Shown here: in pieces, positions 26,883 to 35,036 of the stretch
How positions within the stretch are numbered: the first letter of the stretch is position 1
How the letters are laid out: every line of letters starts with the position of its first letter
DNA from: Kiritimatiellia bacterium
Lineage (GTDB): Bacteria; Verrucomicrobiota; Kiritimatiellia; RFP12; UBA1067
Direction: 5' to 3'
DNA length: 42,202 nt
NCBI GenBank assembly: GCA_017521065.1
Contig: JAFXEA010000519.1
Location: forward strand, 1 to 42,202
Notes under the pieces: generated by a model
What the model saw: the letters and a program-made list of their open reading frames with translations, nothing else
Told to the model about the DNA's origin: nothing
The model's database searches: none
Translations under genes and position numbers: made by a program

Positions 26883-27737
26883 TCATCCCGCCAATAATTC
26901 CCTATGCTTTTCGAGCAAGGACTGTGACGGCAAGAACTTTGTCGGCAGGGACATTGCTTGCCCTTCACGATCGAGGAAGTATGACTTTGCCGCCGCATCG
27001 GTGTAGTGGTCTTTGATTGCCTTCGAGACGATGAGTCGGTAGTGTTCGTCGAAGGAAATGAGGTGGCGGTCGAACGCGGCATCATAGGTCGCAGAGAGGC
27101 ACAAGCCGTTTTCGGGATTGAGGCGGTTCTTTTCGTCTTCAGCCCACGGGCTGATGTGGCTGGCGCGAAGGATATCCGGCACGGAGAGTCCTGTAATGCA
27201 GCATTTACTGCCGTAGTTCTGAAGCACCATCTTACGGAAGATGTCTTGATTCACACGCACCTTGACGGCGGCAAGTTTCGTCTTGCCTTCCTTCGCGGTG
27301 AGATTCAGATGCGCTTCAAGGTCGGTTGGCGATGTCGTATCGATCAGCGCTTCCGCCTTTTGCGCGACCGCCTTGCCGCCCGTCTCGCCCGACACCTTTG
27401 CGAGAATGCCATCCGCAAACGCCTCTGCCGCCAGAAACTCGCCATAGGCGCGAACCGCCGCAGAACAGAAGTTCTTCGTCCAGTAGCTCGGCGATTCGAA
27501 ATCCGCCAACACGGGGCTTGCCGCGCCCTTCTTCATTTCGGCGCATATCCATTCGTGCAAGGCGTGGATGTCTGCGAGTGAAAAGCTGTGCCACATGGAG
27601 CCGCCGACGACCAGATTCGGGTAGTGCTTCGTCAGAATCGGACCGAGCATGTCGAGCGCACGGACGTAGGATGCGGCCTTGCCGCTTCCGTCCGTGTTCG
27701 TGGCGAAAATGAAGTCTGTGAAAGATTGCCTCAACAT
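26883..27737 (-). CDS. HNH_2-family endonuclease with an unassigned ~190-aa N-terminal domain (~284 aa); putative modification-dependent/type IV restriction enzyme
   Basis: ATG 27737 is supported by a TGGTATACT element 10 nt upstream (the track start at 27860 adds an implausible Pro/Arg-rich extension). The C-terminal 'VRVNQDIFRKMVLQNYGSKCCITG...ASHISPW...NGLCL...AAFDRHLISFD' is the classic PF13391-type pattern. Confidence 0.7.
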   Translation of the reverse strand: MLRQSFTDFIFATNTDGSGKAASYVRALDMLGPILTKHYPNLVVGGSMWHSFSLADIHALHEWICAEMKKGAASPVLADFESPSYWTKNFCSAAVRAYGEFLAAEAFADGILAKVSGETGGKAVAQKAEALIDTTSPTDLEAHLNLTAKEGKTKLAAVKVRVNQDIFRKMVLQNYGSKCCITGLSVPDILRASHISPWAEDEKNRLNPENGLCLSATYDAAFDRHLISFDEHYRLIVSKAIKDHYTDAAAKSYFLDREGQAMSLPTKFLPSQSLLEKHRELLAG

Positions 27738-27747
27738 GGCGAAAATA

Positions 27748-27756
27748 AGTATACCA
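27748..27756 (-). promoter_or_regulatory. Extended -10 element TGGTATACT (minus strand)
   Basis: Plus strand reads agtatacca. This is the nearest host-type promoter upstream of the whole 6883-26833 operon. Confidence 0.45.
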
Positions 27757-27874
27757 AATCGGTGGCACGCGGGGAAGCGCGGACGAATAATTTGTGAGTC
27801 GTCGGTGGGTGGCGGGTGGTGACAGACAAGCACCTCTGTTGGGCGCCCGCCCGTACGCACGATCGGGGTGCGTT

Positions 27875-28028
27875 CTCCCTAGGACTAGGGTGTACGCTCC
27901 CTAGGACTGGAGTGCGATCTCCCTAGGACTGGAAAACGGTCTCCCTACACGGGGTGAACGATCTTCCTACACGGAGGGTTTCATCCCCCTACACGGGAGT
28001 TTTGACTTCCCTACACAGGAATTTGGGA
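27875..28028. repeat. Seven tandem direct repeats with an exact 22-bp period (iteron-like array)
   Basis: Unit starts are at 27875, 27897, 27919, 27941, 27963, 27985 and 28007. Units 1-3 have the core ctccctaggact. Units 4-7 have the cores ctccctacacgg, cttcctacacgg, ccccctacacgg and ttccctacacag. The second halves of the units diverge. Confidence 0.85.
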
Positions 28029-28088
28029 CCTTCGTCATACAGAACATCCATGCTGGCATTAGCGACATCTGCCGCCATCACAAACTGC

Positions 28089-28114
28089 GATTCTGCACTC
28101 ACGTGTGCAGAATC
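28089..28114. other. Perfect 10-bp inverted repeat (hairpin or operator)
   Basis: gattctgcac (28089-28098) and gtgcagaatc (28105-28114), with a 6-nt spacer. Confidence 0.6.
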
Positions 28115-28220
28115 TCAATGTCTAAGGGAACGACATATAATTGCCTAAAATTCAACAGGTTGCGCTTCAAGTCAACGGCCGATTTCCCCAAAAGGTACGT
28201 TGTGCTCTTTTATGGAATGG

Positions 28221-28239
28221 CGGGACGCCTCGCCCTACC
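28221..28239. repeat. REP-like motif, opposite orientation (cgggacgcctcgccctacc)
   Basis: The 19-mer also occurs at 29230-29248. The CGCCCTAC(C) core recurs at 28643-28650 and 29310-29318. Confidence 0.55.
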
Positions 28240-28355
28240 ATGCGGTCGCGACGGAGCGCGACACTACCGGGATGGCGGCCCCAGTTGGCGGGCGCGGCCC
28301 AATCGTGCGGATTGTCCCAGACAACGTTCTGGAGGTCGTGCCACGACGCCTGACA

Positions 28356-28631
28356 TCAACCTTCGGCAGAAACGCCAAGCGCGGGGTACTTCGTCTGCAA
28401 TCTGGAGATTACGTCCGCACGCAATTCACGCACGAATTCCAAAAGCTCCGCGGCTTCCGATTCAGAAGCTCCTTCAACGTAGTCATACTCAACATGATTG
28501 CGTTTCATCCGACATGCGTCCAGGTATGTGGCATCAGACTTTCTGTCGGCCCCTAGGGTGTATTCGATGGTCAAGGATGTACGATAGTGCGCGAGCGTTT
28601 TCGGCGAGGAGAGGACGTAACGAGACGCCAT
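28356..28631 (-). CDS. Small hypothetical protein with a HEPN-like C-terminal signature (91 aa)
   Basis: ATG at 28631. 'LDACRMKRNHVEYDY...SEAAELLEFVRELRADV' resembles the R-x4-6-H/helical end of HEPN domains. It is shorter than typical HEPN proteins. Confidence 0.3.
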   Translation of the reverse strand: MASRYVLSSPKTLAHYRTSLTIEYTLGADRKSDATYLDACRMKRNHVEYDYVEGASESEAAELLEFVRELRADVISRLQTKYPALGVSAEG

Positions 28632-28672
28632 TGCGGGCGGTTCGCCCTACGGGTGTGATCGCAACAGGCGGG

Positions 28673-29152
28673 TCAGCCGAATTTGGATTCAACGAGGTCT
28701 TCACCTTCGTAGCGGAGCTTGAGGGTGAAGAAGTCGTTTCGCTCGTCAAGGGCCTTGAGGAAGAGTTTGTCCCCTTCCCACATCTTCTTCGTGAGCAGTT
28801 CGGCCTTGGGCAGCCACACGAGTTCGCCTTCGTCGCAGTCGGTGAGCGCGCCGGCGAACTCCGTGCAGGTGAAGAGATGCATGTATTCCACGCCCCATTC
28901 ATCTGAGACGAACGTGACGAGCCCGCGGAAGCGCGGATTGAGCATGGTGAGGCCCGTTTCCTCCTTGACCTCGCGCAAGGCGCATTCCTCGGGGCTTTCG
29001 CCGTACTCGAACTTGCCACCCACGCCGATCCACTTGTCGCCGTTTTCATCGTGCTGCTTCTTGGTGCGGTGCAGGATCAAGTAGCAGCCATCCTTCTCGA
29101 TGTAGCAAAGCGTGGTCAGTCTTGGGTTCACGTTATCCGTGCCGTTTGCCAT
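28673..29152 (-). CDS. Nudix hydrolase (MutT-like), 159 aa
   Basis: Nudix box 'GGKFEYGESPEECALREVKEETGL'. Confidence 0.9.
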   Translation of the reverse strand: MANGTDNVNPRLTTLCYIEKDGCYLILHRTKKQHDENGDKWIGVGGKFEYGESPEECALREVKEETGLTMLNPRFRGLVTFVSDEWGVEYMHLFTCTEFAGALTDCDEGELVWLPKAELLTKKMWEGDKLFLKALDERNDFFTLKLRYEGEDLVESKFG

Positions 29153-29167
29153 TTGTTCCCGTCTTGG

Positions 29168-29176
29168 AATCTATCA
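29168..29176 (-). promoter_or_regulatory. Extended -10 element TGATAGATT (minus strand)
   Basis: Plus strand reads aatctatca, about 15 nt upstream of ATG 29152. Confidence 0.35.
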
Positions 29177-29252
29177 TTGAGTTGACTACGGAACGCATGT
29201 CGAATCTTGTTCGGCGGGAAACGGCTCGGCGGGACGCCTCGCCCTACCATAC

Positions 29253-29274
29253 GAAGCGGCATGAGTGCCGCTTC
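29253..29274 (-). terminator. 9-bp-stem hairpin downstream of the nitroreductase gene (possible terminator, no clear U-tract)
   Basis: gaagcggca (29253-29261) pairs with tgccgcttc (29266-29274). It is flanked by two REP-like motifs. Confidence 0.3.
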
Positions 29275-29313
29275 CCCGAAAGGCCGCGACGGGGCGCGGC
29301 CGTGCGCCTCGCC

Positions 29314-30141
29314 CTACCCGCGGAAGTCGATGCGGGCGTAGGAGTCGCGCTGGATGCCGCGTGCGTAACGCACGGCGGGGCGGCCGAAGAGCATCGCGTA
29401 GAACGGGGTTGTGCGGCGAAGGCCGATCGTCTGCTCCAGCAGTTCGGGCACTTCCTGCTGCACCATCTTGAGGAACCCGCACCAGCAAGTGGCGATGCCC
29501 GCCGCGTTGGCAAGCATCTCGAAGTGCGCGCAGGCGATCGTCACGTCTTCAAGCGGCGTGGCGACGCCGGGTGCGGTCTCGTCGGACGAGACGACGAGCA
29601 TGCCGCTCGCCCCGCGGAAGAACATGTCGTCCTCTCCCCTGCGCAGACGGATCGCGGGCGCGGCCAGCCAGCGCGGCAGGAGTTTCGTGCCGTCGCGGTG
29701 GCGTTCGAGCACGGAGATGAAGTCGCGGCGGAAGCCGTCCATCGACGCGCGCGTGGGAAAGCACGTGAACGTGAGAGAGCGCGCGTTGCAGCCGGTGGGC
29801 GCGTTGCCGAGCGCCGAGAGGATGCGCGAAAGCACGGCGCGGTCGACGTCCTCGGCGGCGAAGTGCCGCATGGAACGGCGCGTGCGGAGCCAGTTTTCGA
29901 CGGCGTCGAGGCTCGGCAGCGGTAGACCGGCGACCGGCACGGAGTCCGCCGCGCGCTTCCCGTCGAACGTCACGGCGCCCGTCGGGCACACCGCGAGGCA
30001 GTGCTGGCACTTCATGCACCGGTCGGGGGAGGCCATGCGCGGTGCGCCGTCCTCCATCTTGAGCGCGCGGAAGGCGCAGTCGCGCACGCACGCGCCGCAT
30101 TTGACGCATGTCGCGCCATCAACCTCAAAAAGACCTATCAT
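29314..30141 (-). CDS. 4Fe-4S ferredoxin-domain / nitroreductase-family fusion protein (275 aa)
   Basis: Two Cys clusters, 'CVKCGACVRDC' and 'CMKCQHCLAVCP', are followed by a nitroreductase-like region ('RRSMRHF...', 'GCNARS'). Confidence 0.8.
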   Translation of the reverse strand: MIGLFEVDGATCVKCGACVRDCAFRALKMEDGAPRMASPDRCMKCQHCLAVCPTGAVTFDGKRAADSVPVAGLPLPSLDAVENWLRTRRSMRHFAAEDVDRAVLSRILSALGNAPTGCNARSLTFTCFPTRASMDGFRRDFISVLERHRDGTKLLPRWLAAPAIRLRRGEDDMFFRGASGMLVVSSDETAPGVATPLEDVTIACAHFEMLANAAGIATCWCGFLKMVQQEVPELLEQTIGLRRTTPFYAMLFGRPAVRYARGIQRDSYARIDFRG

Positions 30142-30382
30142 CTGCTTTCTCCTTGAAATCTTTCAACGACTCGACCACGGGAAGCGGCGCCACGGCATAG
30201 CCGCTCTTGCCGTCGTACTTGCCCACGGACGACTGCGATTCCTCGACGATGTACACCGTACCATCCTGAAGCGGCTGCGTGGCATCGTAGCTGCTGTCGA
30301 GGACGACGGATTTCGTGAAGCCTGCCTGTGCGTAGGCCGCGGCGCACGCGAACAGCACGGTGGCAAGGGATTTAAAATTCAT
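30125..30382 (-). CDS. Small secreted hypothetical protein (85 aa)
   Basis: Signal-peptide-like 'MNFKSLATVLFACAAAYAQA'. AAGGAA RBS. 17-nt overlap with the downstream gene. Confidence 0.5.
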   Translation of the reverse strand: MNFKSLATVLFACAAAYAQAGFTKSVVLDSSYDATQPLQDGTVYIVEESQSSVGKYDGKSGYAVAPLPVVESLKDFKEKADDRSF

Positions 30383-30431
30383 GTATATTCCTTATCGTTG
30401 TTCCGATGCTTTTGCATCGGCAATTCGCTTT

Positions 30432-30440
30432 AGTATAGCA
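30432..30440 (-). promoter_or_regulatory. Extended -10 element TGCTATACT (minus strand), followed by a 7-bp-stem 5'UTR hairpin
   Basis: Plus strand reads agtatagca. The hairpin is ccgatgc (30403-30409) pairing with gcatcgg (30414-30420). Confidence 0.4.
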
Positions 30441-30562
30441 AATCCCGATTCCGGACACAATTCGAAGCGCGGGATAAAACATGAGGTTCTTCGTGCCGTC
30501 CTTGGCATGTCCCGCGAGACGGTCGTTGACGGGCTTCAGCTCCGCCTCGAACATGGGCTGCG

Positions 30563-32992
30563 TCACGGATTCGCACCGGCCTCGATGCTGCGGCGCTGTT
30601 CCATTTCGGCCTTGGCCTTGAGGATGTTCTCAAGTGCGCGCTTCGTCTCTGGCCCGTTAGGCCGCACGCGCAGCGCATGGCGCGCGTTCTTCTCGGCTGC
30701 GTCGAGCCGGCCGAGGCGCAGCTGCGCCACGGCGAGGTTGTTGAGAATCGCGGGATTCTCCGGCTGGGACATCAGGCTTCTCTGGAAGTGCGCCTCGGCA
30801 CGCGCGTACTGCTGGCGGCCGAAATAGTACATGCCAAGCGCAAAGTTTGCGTTTGCGTCGTCGGGGTCCGAAGTCAGCACCTGGCGGGCGAACATCTCGG
30901 CCATGCGGAAGTCTGCGCGGTAGAGGCCGAGCTTGAGGCCTTCGCGCGGCGTTAGGCGGAATGTGGGGCCCTGGTTCACCATCTCAAGCTGCTGGCGGAT
31001 ACGCGCGAAGGAGGGGGTGCCCTCGTCGAGCTGGTCGGCGAGCTCGCTCTCCTTGATCGCCGCGGCCTTGAGCGCCTCGGCCTTCTTGGCAGAGACGGCG
31101 TCGCCCTTCTTCTGCTCGGCCTGGCTCTGGGCGTCGAGACGGTCGGCGCGCACGCGGCTCAGGCGCGCCACGCGCCACTGCGTGAGCATGAAGAGGCGGC
31201 GAAGCGGAGGGGCTATCCGGCTGAGATTCGCGTCGCGCTTGTACACGGCGAGCATACGCTCGGCAATGACGCGGGCCGCCTTCGCGCCGGCATCCACGAC
31301 TCCGGCCGGAAAGCCGCCGGGACGGGCCACTAGGCCTGCACACTCGGGCAGCGAGAGATCGCGCGTCCAGAGCTCGAAACCCATCTGCATGGCGACGTCC
31401 TTCATGCGGTCCGGCTTCATGCGCAGCCAGGTGCGCATGGCGTCGGTAGCGTTCGCCTCGAGCATCTCGCGGTCCTCCTTGTCGGCCACGCCGCGCGCGC
31501 GGAGGTAGCAGGCGCGGGGCGACGGACCCGACACGAGCGAATAGGCGCGCACGGAACTGCCCTTCTCGGCGGCGCAAAGCTCGATAGCCGCGTCAAGCGA
31601 TCCGTCCGTGAAGAGGTACTTCGCGTCGCCGCTCTCCTCCACCGCGCGCGCGGCGCAGTCGTGCAGGATGCTCACGATCTCGCGTTCGGTCGTCTGCATG
31701 CGCAGGGGCACCACCAGAAGGAGCAGCACGAACGGCTCGCATCCCACCACCACGCGCCCCAGGCGGCTGAAGCGGCGCAGCGAGTTAACAGTGACGGCGC
31801 CGTGCTCGGTGTCCTCGATTGAGGCCTGGTACTTGAGCGCCGCGATACGCCTGTAGTTGCGGAAGTATATCTCCACGCCCAGCACGCAGAGGGCGAATGT
31901 GAACACCTGCGCGCTGCCGAGCGAGCAGAGGCATCGCATGAGAGGAGAGTGCACGGCCTCGATCTCGCCGGTCCAGGACCAGAACCAGAACGTGCGCCAG
32001 CCGGCGAGCTGCAGAAACGAGATCGCACCTATGATCACGAAAAGCGCGCCTGACAAGTACGGGAGGAAGTGCTCGTCGTCCGTGGCGCGGCCAACATGGA
32101 ATATGGCGAGCGCAAGCGGAGCCACCACCACGACGAGAGCCAGCATCCAGCCGACTGCCGTCGCGGCGGAAGACGAGACCTCCACATAGTGGTACAGGTA
32201 CTTGATCACGAACTCGAAGCCATTCCATCCAAGCGCCTCGAAGCCGTCCGAAAGCGTGAAGTAGGTGGCATTCACGCCAACCGCTAAAAGCCATCCAATG
32301 AACGCGGCCAGCGTCATGCGGCGCATGGCTATGGTGCGCACGAAAGGATCCGCAAGCGGATTCACCGCCACGTTGTCGTCCATGCCGCTTCGCACGAAAG
32401 CCGCCACGAGGCACAACACCACGAACAGCACGCCGACCGGCGTCTCCGCCGCGAGCATTCCCAGAATGAGCATGGTGACGTACCACGGAAGAACCCTACC
32501 GCCATGCCATGCGAAACGCACGAACACAAGAAGCGCCGCCACCACCATCAGGAGATGGAGCATCGTGGGCCCAAACATCTGCGCGGCCTCCCATACCGGA
32601 TCGGAGCACACGAAGAGCACCACTCCCTGCATGAGCATGAGGCGCACCACACGGCGTCCCCAGCCAGTGCGCTGCATTCGTCCGTTCATCACCCACGGTT
32701 GCGTGGCGGAGAGAACGAAACAGAGCATAACCGTGAGAAAGCCAAGGGCTATGTGGCCAGCCAGCATCAGCGCTCTGATTGCCGCCTCGGGCGAGAGCCA
32801 GCGGAAAATGACCGACGCCATCGCGTGCCACATGAGCGGGAAGGCTGACTCCGGCGGATGTATCCCCGCGGCCACCGCCACGTCCTCCCACGTTGAAGGC
32901 GGCAGCCAGTCATAGCGCCACCACCATGAAAGCAATGCGGCAACCGCGCCGATGGCGACCGGAGGAAGCAGCCTTTTGACGATTTTTTCCAT
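30563..32992 (-). CDS. Polytopic membrane protein with C-terminal TPR repeats (~809 aa)
   Basis: ATG 32992 ('MEKIVKRLLPPVAIGAVAALLSWWW'). There are many hydrophobic segments. The C-terminus carries TPR-like 'ALGMYYFGRQQYARAEAHFQRSL...NNLAVAQLRLGRLDAAEKNARHAL'. The track start at 33223 would overlap the upstream KS gene. Confidence 0.75.
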   Translation of the reverse strand: MEKIVKRLLPPVAIGAVAALLSWWWRYDWLPPSTWEDVAVAAGIHPPESAFPLMWHAMASVIFRWLSPEAAIRALMLAGHIALGFLTVMLCFVLSATQPWVMNGRMQRTGWGRRVVRLMLMQGVVLFVCSDPVWEAAQMFGPTMLHLLMVVAALLVFVRFAWHGGRVLPWYVTMLILGMLAAETPVGVLFVVLCLVAAFVRSGMDDNVAVNPLADPFVRTIAMRRMTLAAFIGWLLAVGVNATYFTLSDGFEALGWNGFEFVIKYLYHYVEVSSSAATAVGWMLALVVVVAPLALAIFHVGRATDDEHFLPYLSGALFVIIGAISFLQLAGWRTFWFWSWTGEIEAVHSPLMRCLCSLGSAQVFTFALCVLGVEIYFRNYRRIAALKYQASIEDTEHGAVTVNSLRRFSRLGRVVVGCEPFVLLLLVVPLRMQTTEREIVSILHDCAARAVEESGDAKYLFTDGSLDAAIELCAAEKGSSVRAYSLVSGPSPRACYLRARGVADKEDREMLEANATDAMRTWLRMKPDRMKDVAMQMGFELWTRDLSLPECAGLVARPGGFPAGVVDAGAKAARVIAERMLAVYKRDANLSRIAPPLRRLFMLTQWRVARLSRVRADRLDAQSQAEQKKGDAVSAKKAEALKAAAIKESELADQLDEGTPSFARIRQQLEMVNQGPTFRLTPREGLKLGLYRADFRMAEMFARQVLTSDPDDANANFALGMYYFGRQQYARAEAHFQRSLMSQPENPAILNNLAVAQLRLGRLDAAEKNARHALRVRPNGPETKRALENILKAKAEMEQRRSIEAGANP

Positions 32993-33025
32993 GACGACCT
33001 GTCTCTCTTTTTTCTTCTGTCCGAG

Positions 33026-33034
33026 ATTATACCA
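33026..33034 (-). promoter_or_regulatory. Extended -10 element TGGTATAAT (minus strand)
   Basis: Plus strand reads attatacca, about 33 nt upstream of ATG 32992. Confidence 0.45.
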
Positions 33035-33060
33035 TAATTTCGCGGTTCGTGGAGCGCTGG

Positions 33061-34281
33061 CTAGCGGCGGAACACGAGGCTGGTGTTCACGCCGCCGAAG
33101 GCGAAGTTGTTGCTCATCACGTACTCCGCGTCGATCATGCGCCCTTCGCCCGTCACGTAGTCGAGCTCGGCGCATCCGGGATCGGGATGCTCCAGATTGA
33201 GCGTGGGCGGATACCATCCGCATTCAAGCGACTTCAGAAGCAGGGCGGCCTCGAGGGCGCCGCACGCCCCGAGCGTGTGGCCTGTGTAGCTCTTCACAGA
33301 AGAAATGGGAACCGCACGAGCTAATGCCGCGCGCGTGGCGGATGTCTCGGCAACGTCACCGGCGCGCGTGGCGGTGCCGTGTCCGCTGACGTAGCCCACG
33401 GCCGAGCCGTCGATTCCCGCGTCGGCAATGGCGAGCGCGAGCGCAGAGGCCATAGTCTCGGCGTTCGGATTCGTGACATGCGTGCCGTCCGTCGTCTCGG
33501 CGAAGCCTGCCACCTCGGCGAGAATCCTTGCGCCGCGCGCGATGGCGTGCTCGCGCTCTTCGAGGATGAAAGTGGCCGCGCCATCGCCGATCACGAGCCC
33601 ATCGCGCGAGACGTCGTACGGGGCGGGCGTGGACTTCGGCGCGTCGTTGCGCAGCGACGTGGCGTAGAGCGTGTCGAATATCGCCACCTGGGTTGCGCTG
33701 AACTCCTCCGCGCCGCCGGCGATCATCACGTCCTGCACGCCCCAGCGTATCAGCTCGGCGGCGCTGCCTATCGCGAGCGAGCCGCTGGTGCAGGCCGTGC
33801 CGGTGGGCACGAGGCGGCCATGCGTGCGGAAGTGCACCGAGAGGTTGCAGGCCGTCGTCTGCGGCATGAGCTTTATGTACGTGCCGCTCGTGATGCCCGC
33901 CACCTCCTTCGTCTTCAGCATCGAATAGAAGTCGAGCAGCGCGGGGATGGAGCCGGAGCACGATCCGTACGCGACGCCGGTGCGGCCGCCCTGGATTGTG
34001 GCCTCGTCTAGTCCGGACTCTGCAATGGCCTGCTCGGTGGCGGCGAGCGCGTACATCGAGACGTCGCCCATCGTGCGCGTCGTCTTGCGCGTCCAGTGCG
34101 CCGGCCTCTCGAACGCGGTGCGGCACCCTAGCCGCGTGTTGAGGCCGGTGTACTCGCCAAGCTCACCCAGAGCCTGAACGCAGTTCTCGAACGTCTTCAG
34201 GCGCGCGAACGCCGCGTCCACGGTGTTGCCGAGCGGGCTCACAACGCCCATTCCCGTTACTACGACTCTTCTTCTGCTCAT
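33061..34281 (-). CDS. Beta-ketoacyl-ACP synthase (KAS I/II family), ~406 aa
   Basis: ATG 34281 ('MSRRRVVVTGMGVVSPLG'). Active-site 'GTACTSGS', with His motifs 'SGHGTATRAGD' and 'SYTGHTLGACG'. The 554-aa track ORF carries an Arg/Gly-rich artefactual extension. Confidence 0.85.
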   Translation of the reverse strand: MSRRRVVVTGMGVVSPLGNTVDAAFARLKTFENCVQALGELGEYTGLNTRLGCRTAFERPAHWTRKTTRTMGDVSMYALAATEQAIAESGLDEATIQGGRTGVAYGSCSGSIPALLDFYSMLKTKEVAGITSGTYIKLMPQTTACNLSVHFRTHGRLVPTGTACTSGSLAIGSAAELIRWGVQDVMIAGGAEEFSATQVAIFDTLYATSLRNDAPKSTPAPYDVSRDGLVIGDGAATFILEEREHAIARGARILAEVAGFAETTDGTHVTNPNAETMASALALAIADAGIDGSAVGYVSGHGTATRAGDVAETSATRAALARAVPISSVKSYTGHTLGACGALEAALLLKSLECGWYPPTLNLEHPDPGCAELDYVTGEGRMIDAEYVMSNNFAFGGVNTSLVFRR

Positions 34282-34304
34282 GCCCTTCGTCTTCCCCACG
34301 CGCC

Positions 34305-35036
34305 CTAGAAAAGGCCTCCGTTCACCGAAATGCACTGCCTCGTGACGTATGCGGCCTCCTCGCCGAAGAGAAACGCCACCACGCCCGCCACCTCCTCCGG
34401 CGTGCCGAAGCGGCGCATCGGTATCGCGCGGCGAACGAGCTCCGGCTCCTCGATTGACGAGGCCATGTCCGTCTCGATCACGCCGGGCGCCACCGCGTTC
34501 ACCGTTATGCCGCGCTTCGCGAGCTCCACCGCCAGCGCCTTCACGGCGCCTATCACCCCGGCCTTGGCGGCGGAGTAGTTCACCTGCCCGCGGTTTCCCG
34601 CGATGCCGCTCACGCTCGACATGGCCACGATGCGGCCGCGTATGCGGTTCGTGATCATCGGCATCACGAGCGGCTTCAAAAGGTTGTATAGCCCGGTGAG
34701 ATCGGTAGAGATTACCTTGTCCCACGCGTCTCCCTCCAGAACGGGAAACGGCGCGTCGACGTTCACGCCGGCGTTCGCCACCACGCCGAAGAAAGGTCCG
34801 CGCTCCGCCATGTCGGCCTCAAGCGCGGCTGTCACTGCCGCGCGGTCTGCAAGGTCGAAGACGAGTGCGGGCTGCTCTGGCTGCCCCGAGATGCGCGCGC
34901 ATTCCGCCGCCGTCTGGCGGGCGGCGGCGGCATTGCGCACGGCATGCGCGGTCACGGCGAAGCCGTCTCTCGCGAGGCGCAGCGCCACCGCCCTTCCGAT
35001 TCCCCGGGATGATCCTGTGACTATGACGCGCTTCAT
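34305..35036 (-). CDS. 3-oxoacyl-ACP reductase (SDR, FabG/ApeQ-like), 243 aa
   Basis: 'VIVTGSSRGIGRAVA' Rossmann motif and 'YSAAKAG' catalytic motif. ATGA overlap with the upstream gene. Confidence 0.85.
   Translation of the reverse strand: MKRVIVTGSSRGIGRAVALRLARDGFAVTAHAVRNAAAARQTAAECARISGQPEQPALVFDLADRAAVTAALEADMAERGPFFGVVANAGVNVDAPFPVLEGDAWDKVISTDLTGLYNLLKPLVMPMITNRIRGRIVAMSSVSGIAGNRGQVNYSAAKAGVIGAVKALAVELAKRGITVNAVAPGVIETDMASSIEEPELVRRAIPMRRFGTPEEVAGVVAFLFGEEAAYVTRQCISVNGGLF

Noticed and set aside
27875-28028. Possible CRISPR array
   Set aside because: The units are only 22 bp in total (about 12 conserved plus 10 variable). That is far below CRISPR repeat and spacer sizes. The repeat core also changes mid-array, and no cas genes are present.
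6883-28100. Integrative mobile element (integrase, transposase, att direct repeats) bounding the low-GC island
   Set aside because: No integrase, recombinase or transposase ORF is present in the window. I found no convincing direct repeat shared between 6360-6880 and 26834-28200. Only compositional evidence supports acquisition.
29122-30433. Long plus-strand ORFs (29122-29925, 29411-30433). Similar ones occur at 35659-36657, 36314-37213, 37196-38005 (minus strand), 37339-38022 and 28103-28906.
   Set aside because: They are shadow ORFs opposite or out of frame to genes with clear catalytic motifs (nitroreductase, KS, panB, Nudix). Their Arg/Ala/Pro-rich content is typical of high-GC artefacts.
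33061-34725. 554-aa version of the KAS ORF; likewise the 886-aa version of 30563-33223 and the 325-aa version of 26883-27860
   Set aside because: The N-terminal extensions are Arg/Gly/Pro-rich, overlap upstream genes or promoters, and precede canonical family N-termini. Internal ATGs at 34281, 32992 and 27737 fit the conserved starts and the upstream promoter or RBS signals.
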